From positions 1 through 29,932 of the IMG/VR virus record IMGVR_UViG_640753024_000007: DNA of 29,932 nucleotides. The stretch is one strand, 5' to 3'. Shown piece by piece: positions 1 through 8,255 of this stretch; position 1 is the first letter of the stretch, and every line of letters starts with the position of its first letter. The stretch is from a virus (lineage: Duplodnaviria > Heunggongvirae > Uroviricota > Caudoviricetes). The notes beneath the pieces were generated by a model. That model was not told where the DNA came from. It ran no database searches and saw nothing but the letters and a program-made list of their open reading frames with translations. The translations under genes were made by a program, and so were the position numbers.

Positions 1-1131
1 TCAAATGACCAGTTTTTTCCACTCCTTGCCGCGTGCATCGTTGTAAATATCGGTCATTTTTTGATTCGAATGACCCAGCAAAATTTGGGTATCAATTCCC
101 TGCTCTCTGAACAATCGCTCTGATAAAGATCTCTGCTCATGGAAAGAGGGTGGGGTGCCATTAGCACGCCAGTTGTAATCCACAGAATCCCGCGCTTTTT
201 TAAATGCAACGGTTAACGTTGCTGGCTTAACCATCCCGCCGCGCTTAGCTGTCCCTTTCGCGTGATGATGGTGCAATAGCCACGGACTAAGAACGCAATC
301 GCGACAGGATGACACCACATCATCCAGGGTGAGATTTAATTTATCGCAACGCAGAGCCAGAGGGATGGCAATCCGGGTTCCTGTTTTTTGCTGTTCGACA
401 TGAAGATAACCATCCCGGATATCCGAAAATTGCATTTTGCAAATATCTGAAAGGCGCTGGCCTGTCATCAGTGCCAGCAGCATACCGCGCTGTAAAAAGT
501 AACCATCCTTTTCCGCTGCGTTATAAATCATCGTCCACTCATCAAAAGTCAGTCGCTGTCTTGATATCCGCACCTGTGGTTTTTTTGCCGATTCTGCAGG
601 GTTAAAGCCTGGCGGGACATCGCCCGTTTGCTGAGCCTCCCGGAAAACATCGATCAGTACCTTCCTGAAAATTTGTCCCATTCTGTTATGTCCTCTGGAC
701 TTGTACTCTTCCAGCACCGATACCACATCCTTTACGGTTATGGCATCTAACGGTCTGGTGCCAAAACGTTCATCAAATACCCTGAGAGGGGCCGCTTTCT
801 GTTTCAGCGTGTTGAGTTTGATCTCGCCGTTTTCATATCTTTCCTGTTGAATTTTTCTGTAATTATTCAGAAAAATGGTAACGGTTGATGAACCGCCGGT
901 ATCACTAATAATTTTCTCCTGCAGACTGAGCATTTGTTCCATTTGCTGCCGGGCAAGACGGCTGTTCGCTTCTGCTGCAATGGTTTCTGCCAGTTTCTGG
1001 TCAATACTGCCGAGACCGTGATTTTTGCCTGTTATGGGATGCCTGTAACGCCAGTAAACTTTGTTATTTCTTTTGTCAAAATACGGAGATAATCCCGGAA
1101 CATCGGTTTTATATTTTCGCGGGCGCGCCAT
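1..1131 (-). CDS. int: Tyrosine recombinase, lambda-family integrase
   Basis: 376-aa ORF; C-terminus (HEQRSLSERLFREQGIDTQILLGHSNQKMTDIYNDARGKEWKKL) closely resembles the lambda Int catalytic C-terminus as I recall it; stop codon at window positions 1-3; overlapped by an excisionase-like ORF at its start. Confidence 0.93.
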   Translation of the reverse strand: MARPRKYKTDVPGLSPYFDKRNNKVYWRYRHPITGKNHGLGSIDQKLAETIAAEANSRLARQQMEQMLSLQEKIISDTGGSSTVTIFLNNYRKIQQERYENGEIKLNTLKQKAAPLRVFDERFGTRPLDAITVKDVVSVLEEYKSRGHNRMGQIFRKVLIDVFREAQQTGDVPPGFNPAESAKKPQVRISRQRLTFDEWTMIYNAAEKDGYFLQRGMLLALMTGQRLSDICKMQFSDIRDGYLHVEQQKTGTRIAIPLALRCDKLNLTLDDVVSSCRDCVLSPWLLHHHHAKGTAKRGGMVKPATLTVAFKKARDSVDYNWRANGTPPSFHEQRSLSERLFREQGIDTQILLGHSNQKMTDIYNDARGKEWKKLVI

Positions 1132-1357
1132 CTTCCAGTATCCTCTTCAAAGCAGGGTGATCTGTGGCGATCACCTCCGGCTTGTTTACCATTCCGACAA
1201 AGCGAGCTTGCGGATCCACTCGCCAGCGTCTTCCAACTTTTTTGGGGAGAGGAAATATCATTCCGGCTTTAGCGTATTTACTTAACGTGCCCGGAGTAGG
1301 GACCGGTTCACTGAATTCCTCTTTTGCCCACTCAGTGAGCAGAATAAGTCTTGCCAT
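1109..1357 (-). CDS. xis: Excisionase (Xis-like DNA-binding protein)
   Basis: 82-aa basic ORF overlapping the int start by 23 nt, the classic xis-int arrangement; winged-helix-like FPLPKKVGRRWRV segment. Confidence 0.8.
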   Translation of the reverse strand: MARLILLTEWAKEEFSEPVPTPGTLSKYAKAGMIFPLPKKVGRRWRVDPQARFVGMVNKPEVIATDHPALKRILEDGAPAKI

Positions 1358-1421
1358 GGGCGTCGTTCGCTAATCATGGTCGCCGCCACTATAGCTGGTG
1401 GGCAACGACCGGGGTTGAACA

Positions 1422-3893
1422 TTAAAAATCAGCCTGACTCGGGATCAGTTTTTGCCAGATAACTGAAACGTATTTTGCCTGGTAACGGGCGTCATCAAGT
1501 GCATTATGGCGCTCACCTTCGAATGGAATAGCCGTTCTGGCATCGAAGTCTATGGCTTTCCCCAGCTCAACGATTGTGCGTACATCGCGATCGTTGTAGT
1601 AACGCCACGGGCAGGGGATCCCCTGCCGTTCGTATGAACGGCGCAAAATCGTGTTGTCGAAGTTGGCTCCATTTCCCCAGACCTGAACAAAAAATTCACC
1701 GGAGTTTTCGTCGATAAATTCCCGCAATTGTAACAGTGCATCATCTAACGGGATTTCATCGGTCATAATGGCAGATTGCGCTTCGCGTGATTGCTTAAGC
1801 CACCATTTAATGGTGTCCCGATCAATGACTCCGCCAGCAGTTTCCAGATCGATAGTCTTACTAAATTCCGGTCCCATATCTCCGGTTTGCGGATCGAAAA
1901 ATATTGCACCTATTGAGATGATCGGGGCATCAGGATTTTTTCCCATGGTTTCAAGGTCTATCATTAGATGGTCACACGTCCTGCTGGTGGATGTGATTAC
2001 GTGATGACCGTTCACCTTAATTGAGTGATCTGCCGTCTCGCCAGTTTCATTATCGCTATCGTGATGCTGATTGCCGCCAGTGTTCTCCTTGTGTGGATGT
2101 TCAGCGCCTTCCATTTCCTCCGGATCATCTTCCTGAACTTCAACCTGATACTCTTCATCGAATGTTTCCTGGTATGTTGCGTCGCCCATCACCGCGCCAC
2201 AATCAGGGCAATTGCCGCCGCCGGTCTGACCGCAGGCGGTGCAGACTTTTTCCACTTCCTGTTGCGCCACTGGTTCAGGCTGTTTCGTTTCTGGCTCGTT
2301 TTGTAACGCATTTGGGCTGTTTTGTTCCGCTTTTTGGTAGTTCCGTTCCGATTCATGCTGGTTCTGGTTTACAGAATCGCGGGTCTGGATCCCCTTAACC
2401 CATTTCGGATCATTCGGGTCGCTAATCCCTGCAACAAATTCTCCGCGAGAGGCAGCAAGCAACTTATCGGCGTCAGGCTGGCTGATATTGGCTGCCTGCA
2501 TAATTTTGTTTACTTCGTCAGCGGTAACTTTTACCGGCCCTGGTTGTGCGGTCGTGTCAGATGCACCAGTATTTTGTTGTGAACCTGAGTATGTACCGTT
2601 TTTGTGGGCGAAATATTCTTCTTTCGTGATTTCAGTAGCCCCGGCAGCCAGTGCCTTATCCAGACCAGAAAGTTTGTTTGCGCGACCGTATTTTTCGCCA
2701 TCCTTGTCGGTGAAGAGGAAGTAGAACGGCCCCTCACGCTCTACAGATGGTTCGACTTCCACTTTGCATTCGGTTTTTTCGTTGTCCGGAATTGCCGTTT
2801 CCACTGCATCAGTTTCTGGTACTGGCGACGAGAGAGTATCAGTTGCGCTCTGATTTCTTCCTTCATCTTCAAACACGCCCTTTGTAGTCAGGTATTCAGT
2901 AATGTATTTGTTCAGTGCCACAGGGTCTTTGTGAATGTCGATCGGACGTTCACGGACAAGGCCAAAAATAGTCTGGCGGTCGTAGCGAAGGGCATCAGGC
3001 TGTTTGCGCATTGATGCCGAGATACGCTTCCAGTCTTCGCGGTCGTTGTCGATAACTTCATTTTTTGCCCAGCGATGGATGCTGCCGTCAATGTTTCCGG
3101 CATCCACATCACCAGGCCAGAGAGCGTAGGCCAGTTCGTCATCCAGTGTTTTCCATGTCTGCTTGTATTCGCGATGAATGGCAGCAATGACCAGGCTGAT
3201 TTTTCCTGTTGAATTTTCAGTGTGCTGTTGATTGACTCTGGCGCGGGCGAGATCAACAACAGACGTGTATTTTCCGGTTTCCTTGCGTTCACCTTCGCGA
3301 CGTTTTTTCCAGATGCGCATCTCTGCCTGAATTTCGGGCCATTTGGCACCAGGCTTACATTTATGCTTAACCCACCCGATGGCATGCAGCTTAAGCTCCG
3401 GATACATGGCGTTAACATCTGGCATTTTCATCAACGCTTCAACGATATGTCCGTCGAATGTTGCCATGTCTTCCTGCAACAATTCCTGTGCGCTAATAAC
3501 CATATCAACGGTGATGTTTTCACATGTGTCGAACTTAACCATGACAGCGTTCTGTACTTCAGGGGCCAGCTTGTCAAAAGTGACGTTCATCGGATCGGCT
3601 TCAGTCTCAACCGGGACAAAGGAAGCAGACTCCTCATCCCAGCGGTTTTCCTGCATATATTCAGCATCCCAGGAATCGAGGGCAGGGCGGGGTATACCGG
3701 GTTTATCCTCGCAGACAAGAAATTTATAAGCGCAGTCCTGAGCAGCCGGATAATGTTCCAGGAATTGCCAGTGAAATTTTGCGCGGGCGCGACGTTCATC
3801 ACCGGCTTCAATGGCAGTGGCTACAGCGACGGCACCTTCTTCCTTTATTGCCTGTTCGTCCGGAATGGCGGCGCAAATAAAGACTTTACTCAT
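1422..3893 (-). CDS. Large prophage exonuclease with C-terminal DnaQ-like DEDDh 3'-5' exonuclease domain (family often annotated exodeoxyribonuclease VIII)
   Basis: 823-aa ORF; C-terminal motifs IDLETMG, WGNGANFD and HNALDDARY match DEDDh Exo I/II/III; internal CxxC-x-CxxC zinc ribbon (CTACGQTGGGNCPDCG) and an acidic low-complexity linker. Confidence 0.8.
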   Translation of the reverse strand: MSKVFICAAIPDEQAIKEEGAVAVATAIEAGDERRARAKFHWQFLEHYPAAQDCAYKFLVCEDKPGIPRPALDSWDAEYMQENRWDEESASFVPVETEADPMNVTFDKLAPEVQNAVMVKFDTCENITVDMVISAQELLQEDMATFDGHIVEALMKMPDVNAMYPELKLHAIGWVKHKCKPGAKWPEIQAEMRIWKKRREGERKETGKYTSVVDLARARVNQQHTENSTGKISLVIAAIHREYKQTWKTLDDELAYALWPGDVDAGNIDGSIHRWAKNEVIDNDREDWKRISASMRKQPDALRYDRQTIFGLVRERPIDIHKDPVALNKYITEYLTTKGVFEDEGRNQSATDTLSSPVPETDAVETAIPDNEKTECKVEVEPSVEREGPFYFLFTDKDGEKYGRANKLSGLDKALAAGATEITKEEYFAHKNGTYSGSQQNTGASDTTAQPGPVKVTADEVNKIMQAANISQPDADKLLAASRGEFVAGISDPNDPKWVKGIQTRDSVNQNQHESERNYQKAEQNSPNALQNEPETKQPEPVAQQEVEKVCTACGQTGGGNCPDCGAVMGDATYQETFDEEYQVEVQEDDPEEMEGAEHPHKENTGGNQHHDSDNETGETADHSIKVNGHHVITSTSRTCDHLMIDLETMGKNPDAPIISIGAIFFDPQTGDMGPEFSKTIDLETAGGVIDRDTIKWWLKQSREAQSAIMTDEIPLDDALLQLREFIDENSGEFFVQVWGNGANFDNTILRRSYERQGIPCPWRYYNDRDVRTIVELGKAIDFDARTAIPFEGERHNALDDARYQAKYVSVIWQKLIPSQADF

Positions 3894-3972
3894 TTTGTTT
3901 TACCTCATTACAGATTTAAGGGTGAACAAATCCCTGCCATTGCTGGCATATAAAAATGAAACTGGATATTAA

Positions 3973-4176
3973 TTACGGCGCTGTTTTTAATCCTGCCGGG
4001 ATTTCGTTATTGTCCATGTGAATAACTTTATCGACCGGATAACAGTTGCCGGGAATTTTCTGTTCCGCTGCGGCAGCCATGCATTCTTTCATTGAGTTGT
4101 ACATGCCGGTGATTGCATCAAGCGACTCACCAGTATTGAGATGTACAGTCAGAATGAGTACGAATAATGTGTTCAT
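3973..4176 (-). CDS. Small hypothetical protein with N-terminal hydrophobic (signal-like) segment
   Basis: GGAGA Shine-Dalgarno 6 nt before the ATG at 4176; ATGA overlap with the stop of the upstream DicB-like gene; hydrophobic N-terminus LFVLILTVHL. Confidence 0.5.
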   Translation of the reverse strand: MNTLFVLILTVHLNTGESLDAITGMYNSMKECMAAAAEQKIPGNCYPVDKVIHMDNNEIPAGLKTAP

Positions 4177-4361
4177 CGCCACTCTCCGAAAATACCGAGT
4201 TTAAGAAGGGCAATTCTGGAGAGTATGGAATTGTCATTCAGCAGGTAGGGTTCATATTTTCTCATATTGATTGCATCCTCGGTGAAATCCCTGTTACTGA
4301 GCAGAACACCAATATTAAAGCACCCGTCAGACGTATTAACGTTTGGTAGTGACGTTTCCAT
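4173..4361 (-). CDS. dicB: Cell division inhibitor DicB homolog
   Basis: 62-aa ORF METSLPNVNTSDGCFNIGVLLSNRDFTEDAIN... strongly resembles my recollection of E. coli DicB (62 aa, MKTLLPNVNTSEGCFEIGV...FTEDAIN); GAGGA RBS. Confidence 0.75.
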   Translation of the reverse strand: METSLPNVNTSDGCFNIGVLLSNRDFTEDAINMRKYEPYLLNDNSILSRIALLKLGIFGEWR

Positions 4362-4371
4362 TATCGCGTCC

Positions 4372-4929
4372 TCAACAATGAATTTTTAGCAATTGCTCCA
4401 CAGTCATATTTTTAATTGCGCTCCGGTTTACAAGAGTCCATCCTTGTTTCTCCAGATAAAAGCGGAAAGTATCCAGAGTACAGACGAGAGCGCCGTCAGG
4501 AACGGTTTCGGTGAATTTGATATTGCCGCGTTCGTCGAAGTGAACAACGAGAGTGCGACCATCACCAGGAATTATTTTGTCTGTGGTAGTGGTATTAAGC
4601 TGGTACAACTCTGCCTCCATGCGATCGAATTCAGCGATGTAGGCTTCCTTGAAAGCTGCGGCTTTTTTGCCCGTGAAGCCCATCACCAGGAAAACGAAGC
4701 CGTTTTTGGTGATTTGGTACATAGGGAGTTTGCGCCCGGTTGAGTCGGTGTATTCGCTCACCTTAAAATTAAGGGCAGTGAATTCAGGGGAGCAATCCAG
4801 TAATTTTATTTTTTGAATAACATTGTCGTGGCGTTTGCCAAAGAACTCGGCGATCGCAACAGACGTAGTGACAGCGCGACCATTTTCGATGGTTACGTCA
4901 GGTTGAGAAAGGGTAGGGATAGTAGCCAT
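4372..4929 (-). CDS. Rha-family phage regulatory protein (antirepressor-like)
   Basis: N-terminal signature GRAVTTSVAIAEFFGKRHDNVIQKIK typical of Rha; start chosen at the internal ATG (4929) with a GAGG RBS because the in-frame upstream extension to 5226 contains a terminator hairpin and conserved non-coding-looking elements. Confidence 0.75.
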   Translation of the reverse strand: MATIPTLSQPDVTIENGRAVTTSVAIAEFFGKRHDNVIQKIKLLDCSPEFTALNFKVSEYTDSTGRKLPMYQITKNGFVFLVMGFTGKKAAAFKEAYIAEFDRMEAELYQLNTTTTDKIIPGDGRTLVVHFDERGNIKFTETVPDGALVCTLDTFRFYLEKQGWTLVNRSAIKNMTVEQLLKIHC

Positions 4930-5070
4930 GATAGCAGCCTCGTTAGTGAATTTGATTAACTCACCACCAAGGTTTTCCACGACCATAAGGGTGGTGAGAC
5001 GTACAGGGGTGGAAATACCGGTCACTAACGAACCCGGCCAGCCTTGCGGCTGCCCTGCACGTCCCACCAT

Positions 5071-5098
5071 AATCTGAATGTGGCTGTGCATTACGCAT
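5071..5098 (-). terminator. Putative intrinsic terminator in the leader upstream of rha
   Basis: On the minus strand: ACCGC-gctcag-GCGGT followed by TTTTTTT. Confidence 0.45.
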
Positions 5099-5446
5099 AA
5101 AAAAACCGCCTGAGCGCGGTTATGCGCGTTAGTGAACATCGGGTTTCCACGCCCGGCACCCGTTTTATGAGGTGCAGGTGCACTATAATTCCACCCGTTC
5201 TGGTTTTCAATAGCTACATTCAACATTTTCTCTACCTTTCATCACCTAAGTGAACTTTGTGATGCGGTGCCTGGTGCCTCCAGGTGACGTTAACCAGTTA
5301 ACAATTAACGCCGGATGATTCACCCATAACACTTGTGTTTTTAACTGTTCTGCGTGCGCTGAGCCGCATTCACCGCATCACGAAATTCACTTTTTACTTC
5401 ATAGACCGTGATATGATTTAGCTTTCCACAGTAAAAAGGAGTGTTT

Positions 5447-5710
5447 ATGTCCCATATACATAGTCGTGAACACATGAATGATGGTGACCTTGTCAGGGTT
5501 CAATGTTCACACCAGATTAATGTTTTATTAATGGATGATTCAAATTACCAGGCTTTCAAGCGGGGCGGGCGTTTTACCTATTACGGCGGTTTCTATGAAC
5601 GATTCCCTGCCAATATTACCGTGCCCCACTCGGGTTACTGGAATGTTGTATTAGCACTCCCTCCCGGTCATCGAGCCAATATCAGATACTCCATTAACGT
5701 TATCAGATAG
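5447..5710 (+). CDS. Hypothetical protein
   Basis: AAAGGA RBS 6 nt before ATG 5447; 87-aa ORF with no recognisable motifs. Confidence 0.5.
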   Translation: MSHIHSREHMNDGDLVRVQCSHQINVLLMDDSNYQAFKRGGRFTYYGGFYERFPANITVPHSGYWNVVLALPPGHRANIRYSINVIR

Positions 5711-5872
5711 CAGAATTTGGCTTGTCGCCTGAGTTAATGCACTTGCAAGGGCGGTAATGATTTTTTGTTGAGTACCGTCCTTTATACAAGTCATATTCAT
5801 TATGTGTTTCTGGCTGACGGTATCGTATGACCAGAGCAGCTTATTATTCCCGTCTGTGCATTGAACTATCAT
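5651..5872 (-). CDS. Hypothetical protein (73 aa)
   Basis: Strong GGAGGA RBS 3 nt before the internal ATG at 5872; converges on and overlaps the 3' end of the 5447..5710 gene by 60 nt. Confidence 0.45.
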   Translation of the reverse strand: MIVQCTDGNNKLLWSYDTVSQKHIMNMTCIKDGTQQKIITALASALTQATSQILLSDNVNGVSDIGSMTGREC

Positions 5873-6232
5873 TTTTCCTCCGGTTAGACCCCATATATCT
5901 ATAGCAGTATGAGTTATGGCGGGGTTGTCACTTAAGCGTATGGTCAACCTGACAACCCGGTGTCCTCAACGGGGGAAGGAATAACCCCGCCATACTTACC
6001 GCCGCGCCATTTCGCGGAGTGCCACAACCGGAAGCGCACGGTCGAAGAAATTAACGACAAGCCTCATAGGTGAAGGCCTTCGCCGTACGCTTTCGTGTTA
6101 TGCCCTGACTTTTCAGGGAAATATCCTTTCAGTAAACTGTCAGTGCCGGATTCTTATCCGTGTCCGGCGCACGACCACACGTAGCCCCGTATTGGTCTCC
6201 ATTTCTAACCCAGAACCTAAATGGAGGATAAA

Positions 6233-6517
6233 ATGGCAAAATTTACAGTCAGGATCGAACTTCGCGATTCCAGTTCCGCTGATTACGATAAGCTTCATGA
6301 ACGAATGGAAGCAAAGGGATTCTCCAGAACGATTACAACCTCTTTAGGGAACACCTACCGTCTTCCTAATGCCGAATATATATATTCAAGCAAGAATGAA
6401 GACAAAGAATCTGTTGCTGACCTTGCTGAATCAGTGGCCTCAAAAGTTAAGAAAAATCCCGGTGTTCTTGTTACCGAATCTAATGGGCGCTATGTAAAAA
6501 ACTTAGATGATGCTTAA
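6233..6517 (+). CDS. Hypothetical protein (94 aa)
   Basis: GGAGGA RBS 4 nt before ATG 6233; charged, Lys/Glu-rich soluble protein. Confidence 0.6.
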   Translation: MAKFTVRIELRDSSSADYDKLHERMEAKGFSRTITTSLGNTYRLPNAEYIYSSKNEDKESVADLAESVASKVKKNPGVLVTESNGRYVKNLDDA

Positions 6518-6660
6518 CCTTCATCATCACGACCTGACTCAATAGCGTACAATGCCAGCCAGATGCGGGCTTCAGTGCCTGCATTTGGTTCCAGTTGCTG
6601 GAGGCGTTTTGCATCCTCCAGAAGCAGAGCGATAACGTGTTTTAATTCTGTTTCGTTCAT
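6514..6660 (-). CDS. Small hypothetical protein (48 aa)
   Basis: ATG one nt downstream of the stop of the 6662..6817 gene (translational coupling); lies just below the ORF-track length cut-off. Confidence 0.35.
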   Translation of the reverse strand: MNETELKHVIALLLEDAKRLQQLEPNAGTEARIWLALYAIESGRDDEG

Positions 6661-6661
6661 T

Positions 6662-6817
6662 TTATTCACCTGAATGTCTTACCAACCAACGACGCGCGCC
6701 AGATTCGGTTTTAAACGTTTTGCTTTTGGTATACGTCATCGCGGTGAACGTTCCGTCCTGGTTGGGAAACACACCGCACACCAGAGATTCGTTGTTGCCA
6801 AGATCGATAGTTTCCAT
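6662..6817 (-). CDS. Small hypothetical protein (51 aa; alternative start 6910 gives 82 aa)
   Basis: Internal ATG at 6817 has a GAGG RBS whereas the upstream ATG at 6910 has none; first gene downstream of the dicA-proximal operator-like palindrome, the position held by ydfA in Qin as I recall it. Confidence 0.45.
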   Translation of the reverse strand: METIDLGNNESLVCGVFPNQDGTFTAMTYTKSKTFKTESGARRWLVRHSGE

Positions 6818-6931
6818 GTTGACCTCATTTCCCCTTAACGCTGGGGTGGCGGAACTGTTTGCTGAGAACACCGTGCGGTGTCTTGATGGGTGGTAATTTA
6901 GTTTTCTCATGAATGTTGGTCAAGTGTTTTT

Positions 6932-6947
6932 AATGAGAAAACTCAAT
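6932..6947. promoter_or_regulatory. Operator-like palindrome TGAGaaaaCTCA (second copy)
   Basis: Shares the core TGAG-AAAA-CTCA with the palindrome in the dicA/dicC divergent region; sits just downstream of dicA at the head of the minus-strand small-gene operon. Confidence 0.45.
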
Positions 6948-7007
6948 ATTTAATGCAAAATAAAGCCAATACATTGAAATGTAAGGCTTTAAAATTTGTG
7001 AAGGGGG

Positions 7008-7415
7008 TTACTGATGTTTGTTACGTTTGCGAGCTTCTAGTAGCTCGGTGAATAGGCGATTAAAATTCTCAACGCGGGCACGGAGTTCGCTGATTTGTGC
7101 TTGCTGCTCTGATTTTGGAAGTGCGCGATACAATCGCAACATCTCCAACTCATCTTCCGATAAGTCTAAGGCGCTGTTGAGTGCAACTGGTGGATCTGGT
7201 GTTTTATCCTCGTCACCAAACAGTATCCAAGTTGGTGAACATTGCAATACCTCAGCCAGGCGATGCAAATTTTGCCCACGCGGGGCTGTATGGTCGCTTT
7301 CCCATAGTGAAATTGATGAGCCAGATACGCCAGCGGCTTTGCTTAAATCGTTTTGACTTAAACCAACCTGTTTGCGTCTTTCTCTAATTCGTTGACCTAA
7401 AGTTTTCTCGTTCAT
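7008..7415 (-). CDS. dicA: HTH XRE-family repressor, DicA-like (cI functional analog)
   Basis: 135-aa ORF; the segment LQCSPTWILFGDEDK and the C-terminal ELRARVENFNRLFTELLEARKRN closely match my recollection of E. coli DicA. Confidence 0.85.
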   Translation of the reverse strand: MNEKTLGQRIRERRKQVGLSQNDLSKAAGVSGSSISLWESDHTAPRGQNLHRLAEVLQCSPTWILFGDEDKTPDPPVALNSALDLSEDELEMLRLYRALPKSEQQAQISELRARVENFNRLFTELLEARKRNKHQ

Positions 7416-7464
7416 ATTTAGATATCTTAATAACCCTTGACTTGAGATTCCTTGAGTGATTACT

Positions 7465-7480
7465 ATTGAGAAAACTCAAT
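7465..7480. promoter_or_regulatory. Operator-like palindrome ATTGAGaaaaCTCAAT in the dicA/dicC divergent promoter region
   Basis: Perfect 6-bp arms with a 4-bp spacer, between divergent repressor and Cro-like genes. Confidence 0.5.
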
Positions 7481-7492
7481 TTTGGAGGGGTG

Positions 7493-7720
7493 ATGTTTAA
7501 ATCAGACGTAATTAATTTTTATGGGACGAAAGCCAAAGTAGCGAAAGCTGCTGGTGTTGATCCATCTGCTGTTTCTCAATGGGGGGAACTGGTTCCTGAA
7601 GGTCGCGCGATGCGCCTGCAAGAGGCATCCGGCGGGGAACTTCAGTACGACCCCAAAGTTTATGACGAATATCGTAAGGCAAAGCGGGCGGGGCGGTTGA
7701 ACAATGAAAATCACCCCTGA
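7493..7720 (+). CDS. Cro/DicC/YdaS-like small regulator
   Basis: Divergent from the dicA-like gene; GGAGGGG RBS before ATG 7493; 75 aa. Confidence 0.7.
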   Translation: MFKSDVINFYGTKAKVAKAAGVDPSAVSQWGELVPEGRAMRLQEASGGELQYDPKVYDEYRKAKRAGRLNNENHP

Positions 7721-8255
7721 ACAGGTTTGTGAGGCTCTGGATGCCTGGGTATGCCGACCAGGAATGACGCAGGAGCAGGCGACGATATTAATCACGGAAG
7801 CATTCTGGGCTCTGAAAGAACGCCCGAACATCGATGTTCAACGCGTCACGTTTAATGATGGCGAGGTTGATCAACGGGCGCTGGGCGTTAACCGGGTGAA
7901 GATATTCGAACGCTGGAAAGCTATCGACACCAGGGATAAGCGGGAAAAATTCACGGCGCTGATTCCGGCAATTATGGAGGCTATCCGGATCAGCGATTTC
8001 AGGTTGTATTGTGAAATTACTGACGGAAAAAGCATTACATACATGATCGCCGGATTAAACAAAGAATATGGCGATGTGGTGGAGTCCGGGCTGCTTTTTG
8101 CGGATCCATCTGTTGTGGAACGTGAGACTGACGAGCTTATAGAAAAAGCTATTGCTTTCAAGCATGCGTATCGTCAGCAATATCAATATTACTTTGCAGA
8201 TAAACAAATGTCTGCCAGGGGTTCGTATGAGTATCGATGCACTACGATGGGCTAA
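7704..8255 (+). CDS. YdaT-like protein
   Basis: Lies immediately downstream of the Cro-like gene, the position ydaT holds after ydaS in Rac as I recall; N-terminus MKITPEQVCEALDAWV and the motif LIPAIMEAI recall YdaT. Confidence 0.6.
   Translation: MKITPEQVCEALDAWVCRPGMTQEQATILITEAFWALKERPNIDVQRVTFNDGEVDQRALGVNRVKIFERWKAIDTRDKREKFTALIPAIMEAIRISDFRLYCEITDGKSITYMIAGLNKEYGDVVESGLLFADPSVVERETDELIEKAIAFKHAYRQQYQYYFADKQMSARGSYEYRCTTMG

Noticed and set aside
1550-3811. Numerous ORFs of 60-243 aa nested inside or antisense to the 823-aa exonuclease gene
   Set aside because: They lie entirely within a long ORF carrying clear DEDDh motifs, have no RBS and have biased, low-complexity translations; treated as frame shadows
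4930-5226. In-frame 5' extension making Rha 284 aa
   Set aside because: The extension contains a terminator hairpin and a conserved inverted repeat, while the Rha N-terminal signature and a proper RBS begin at the internal ATG at 4929
5948-6232. DicF sRNA, expected near dicB by analogy with Qin
   Set aside because: I could not find a convincing match to the DicF sequence as I remember it on either strand; my recall of DicF is not reliable enough to call it present or absent
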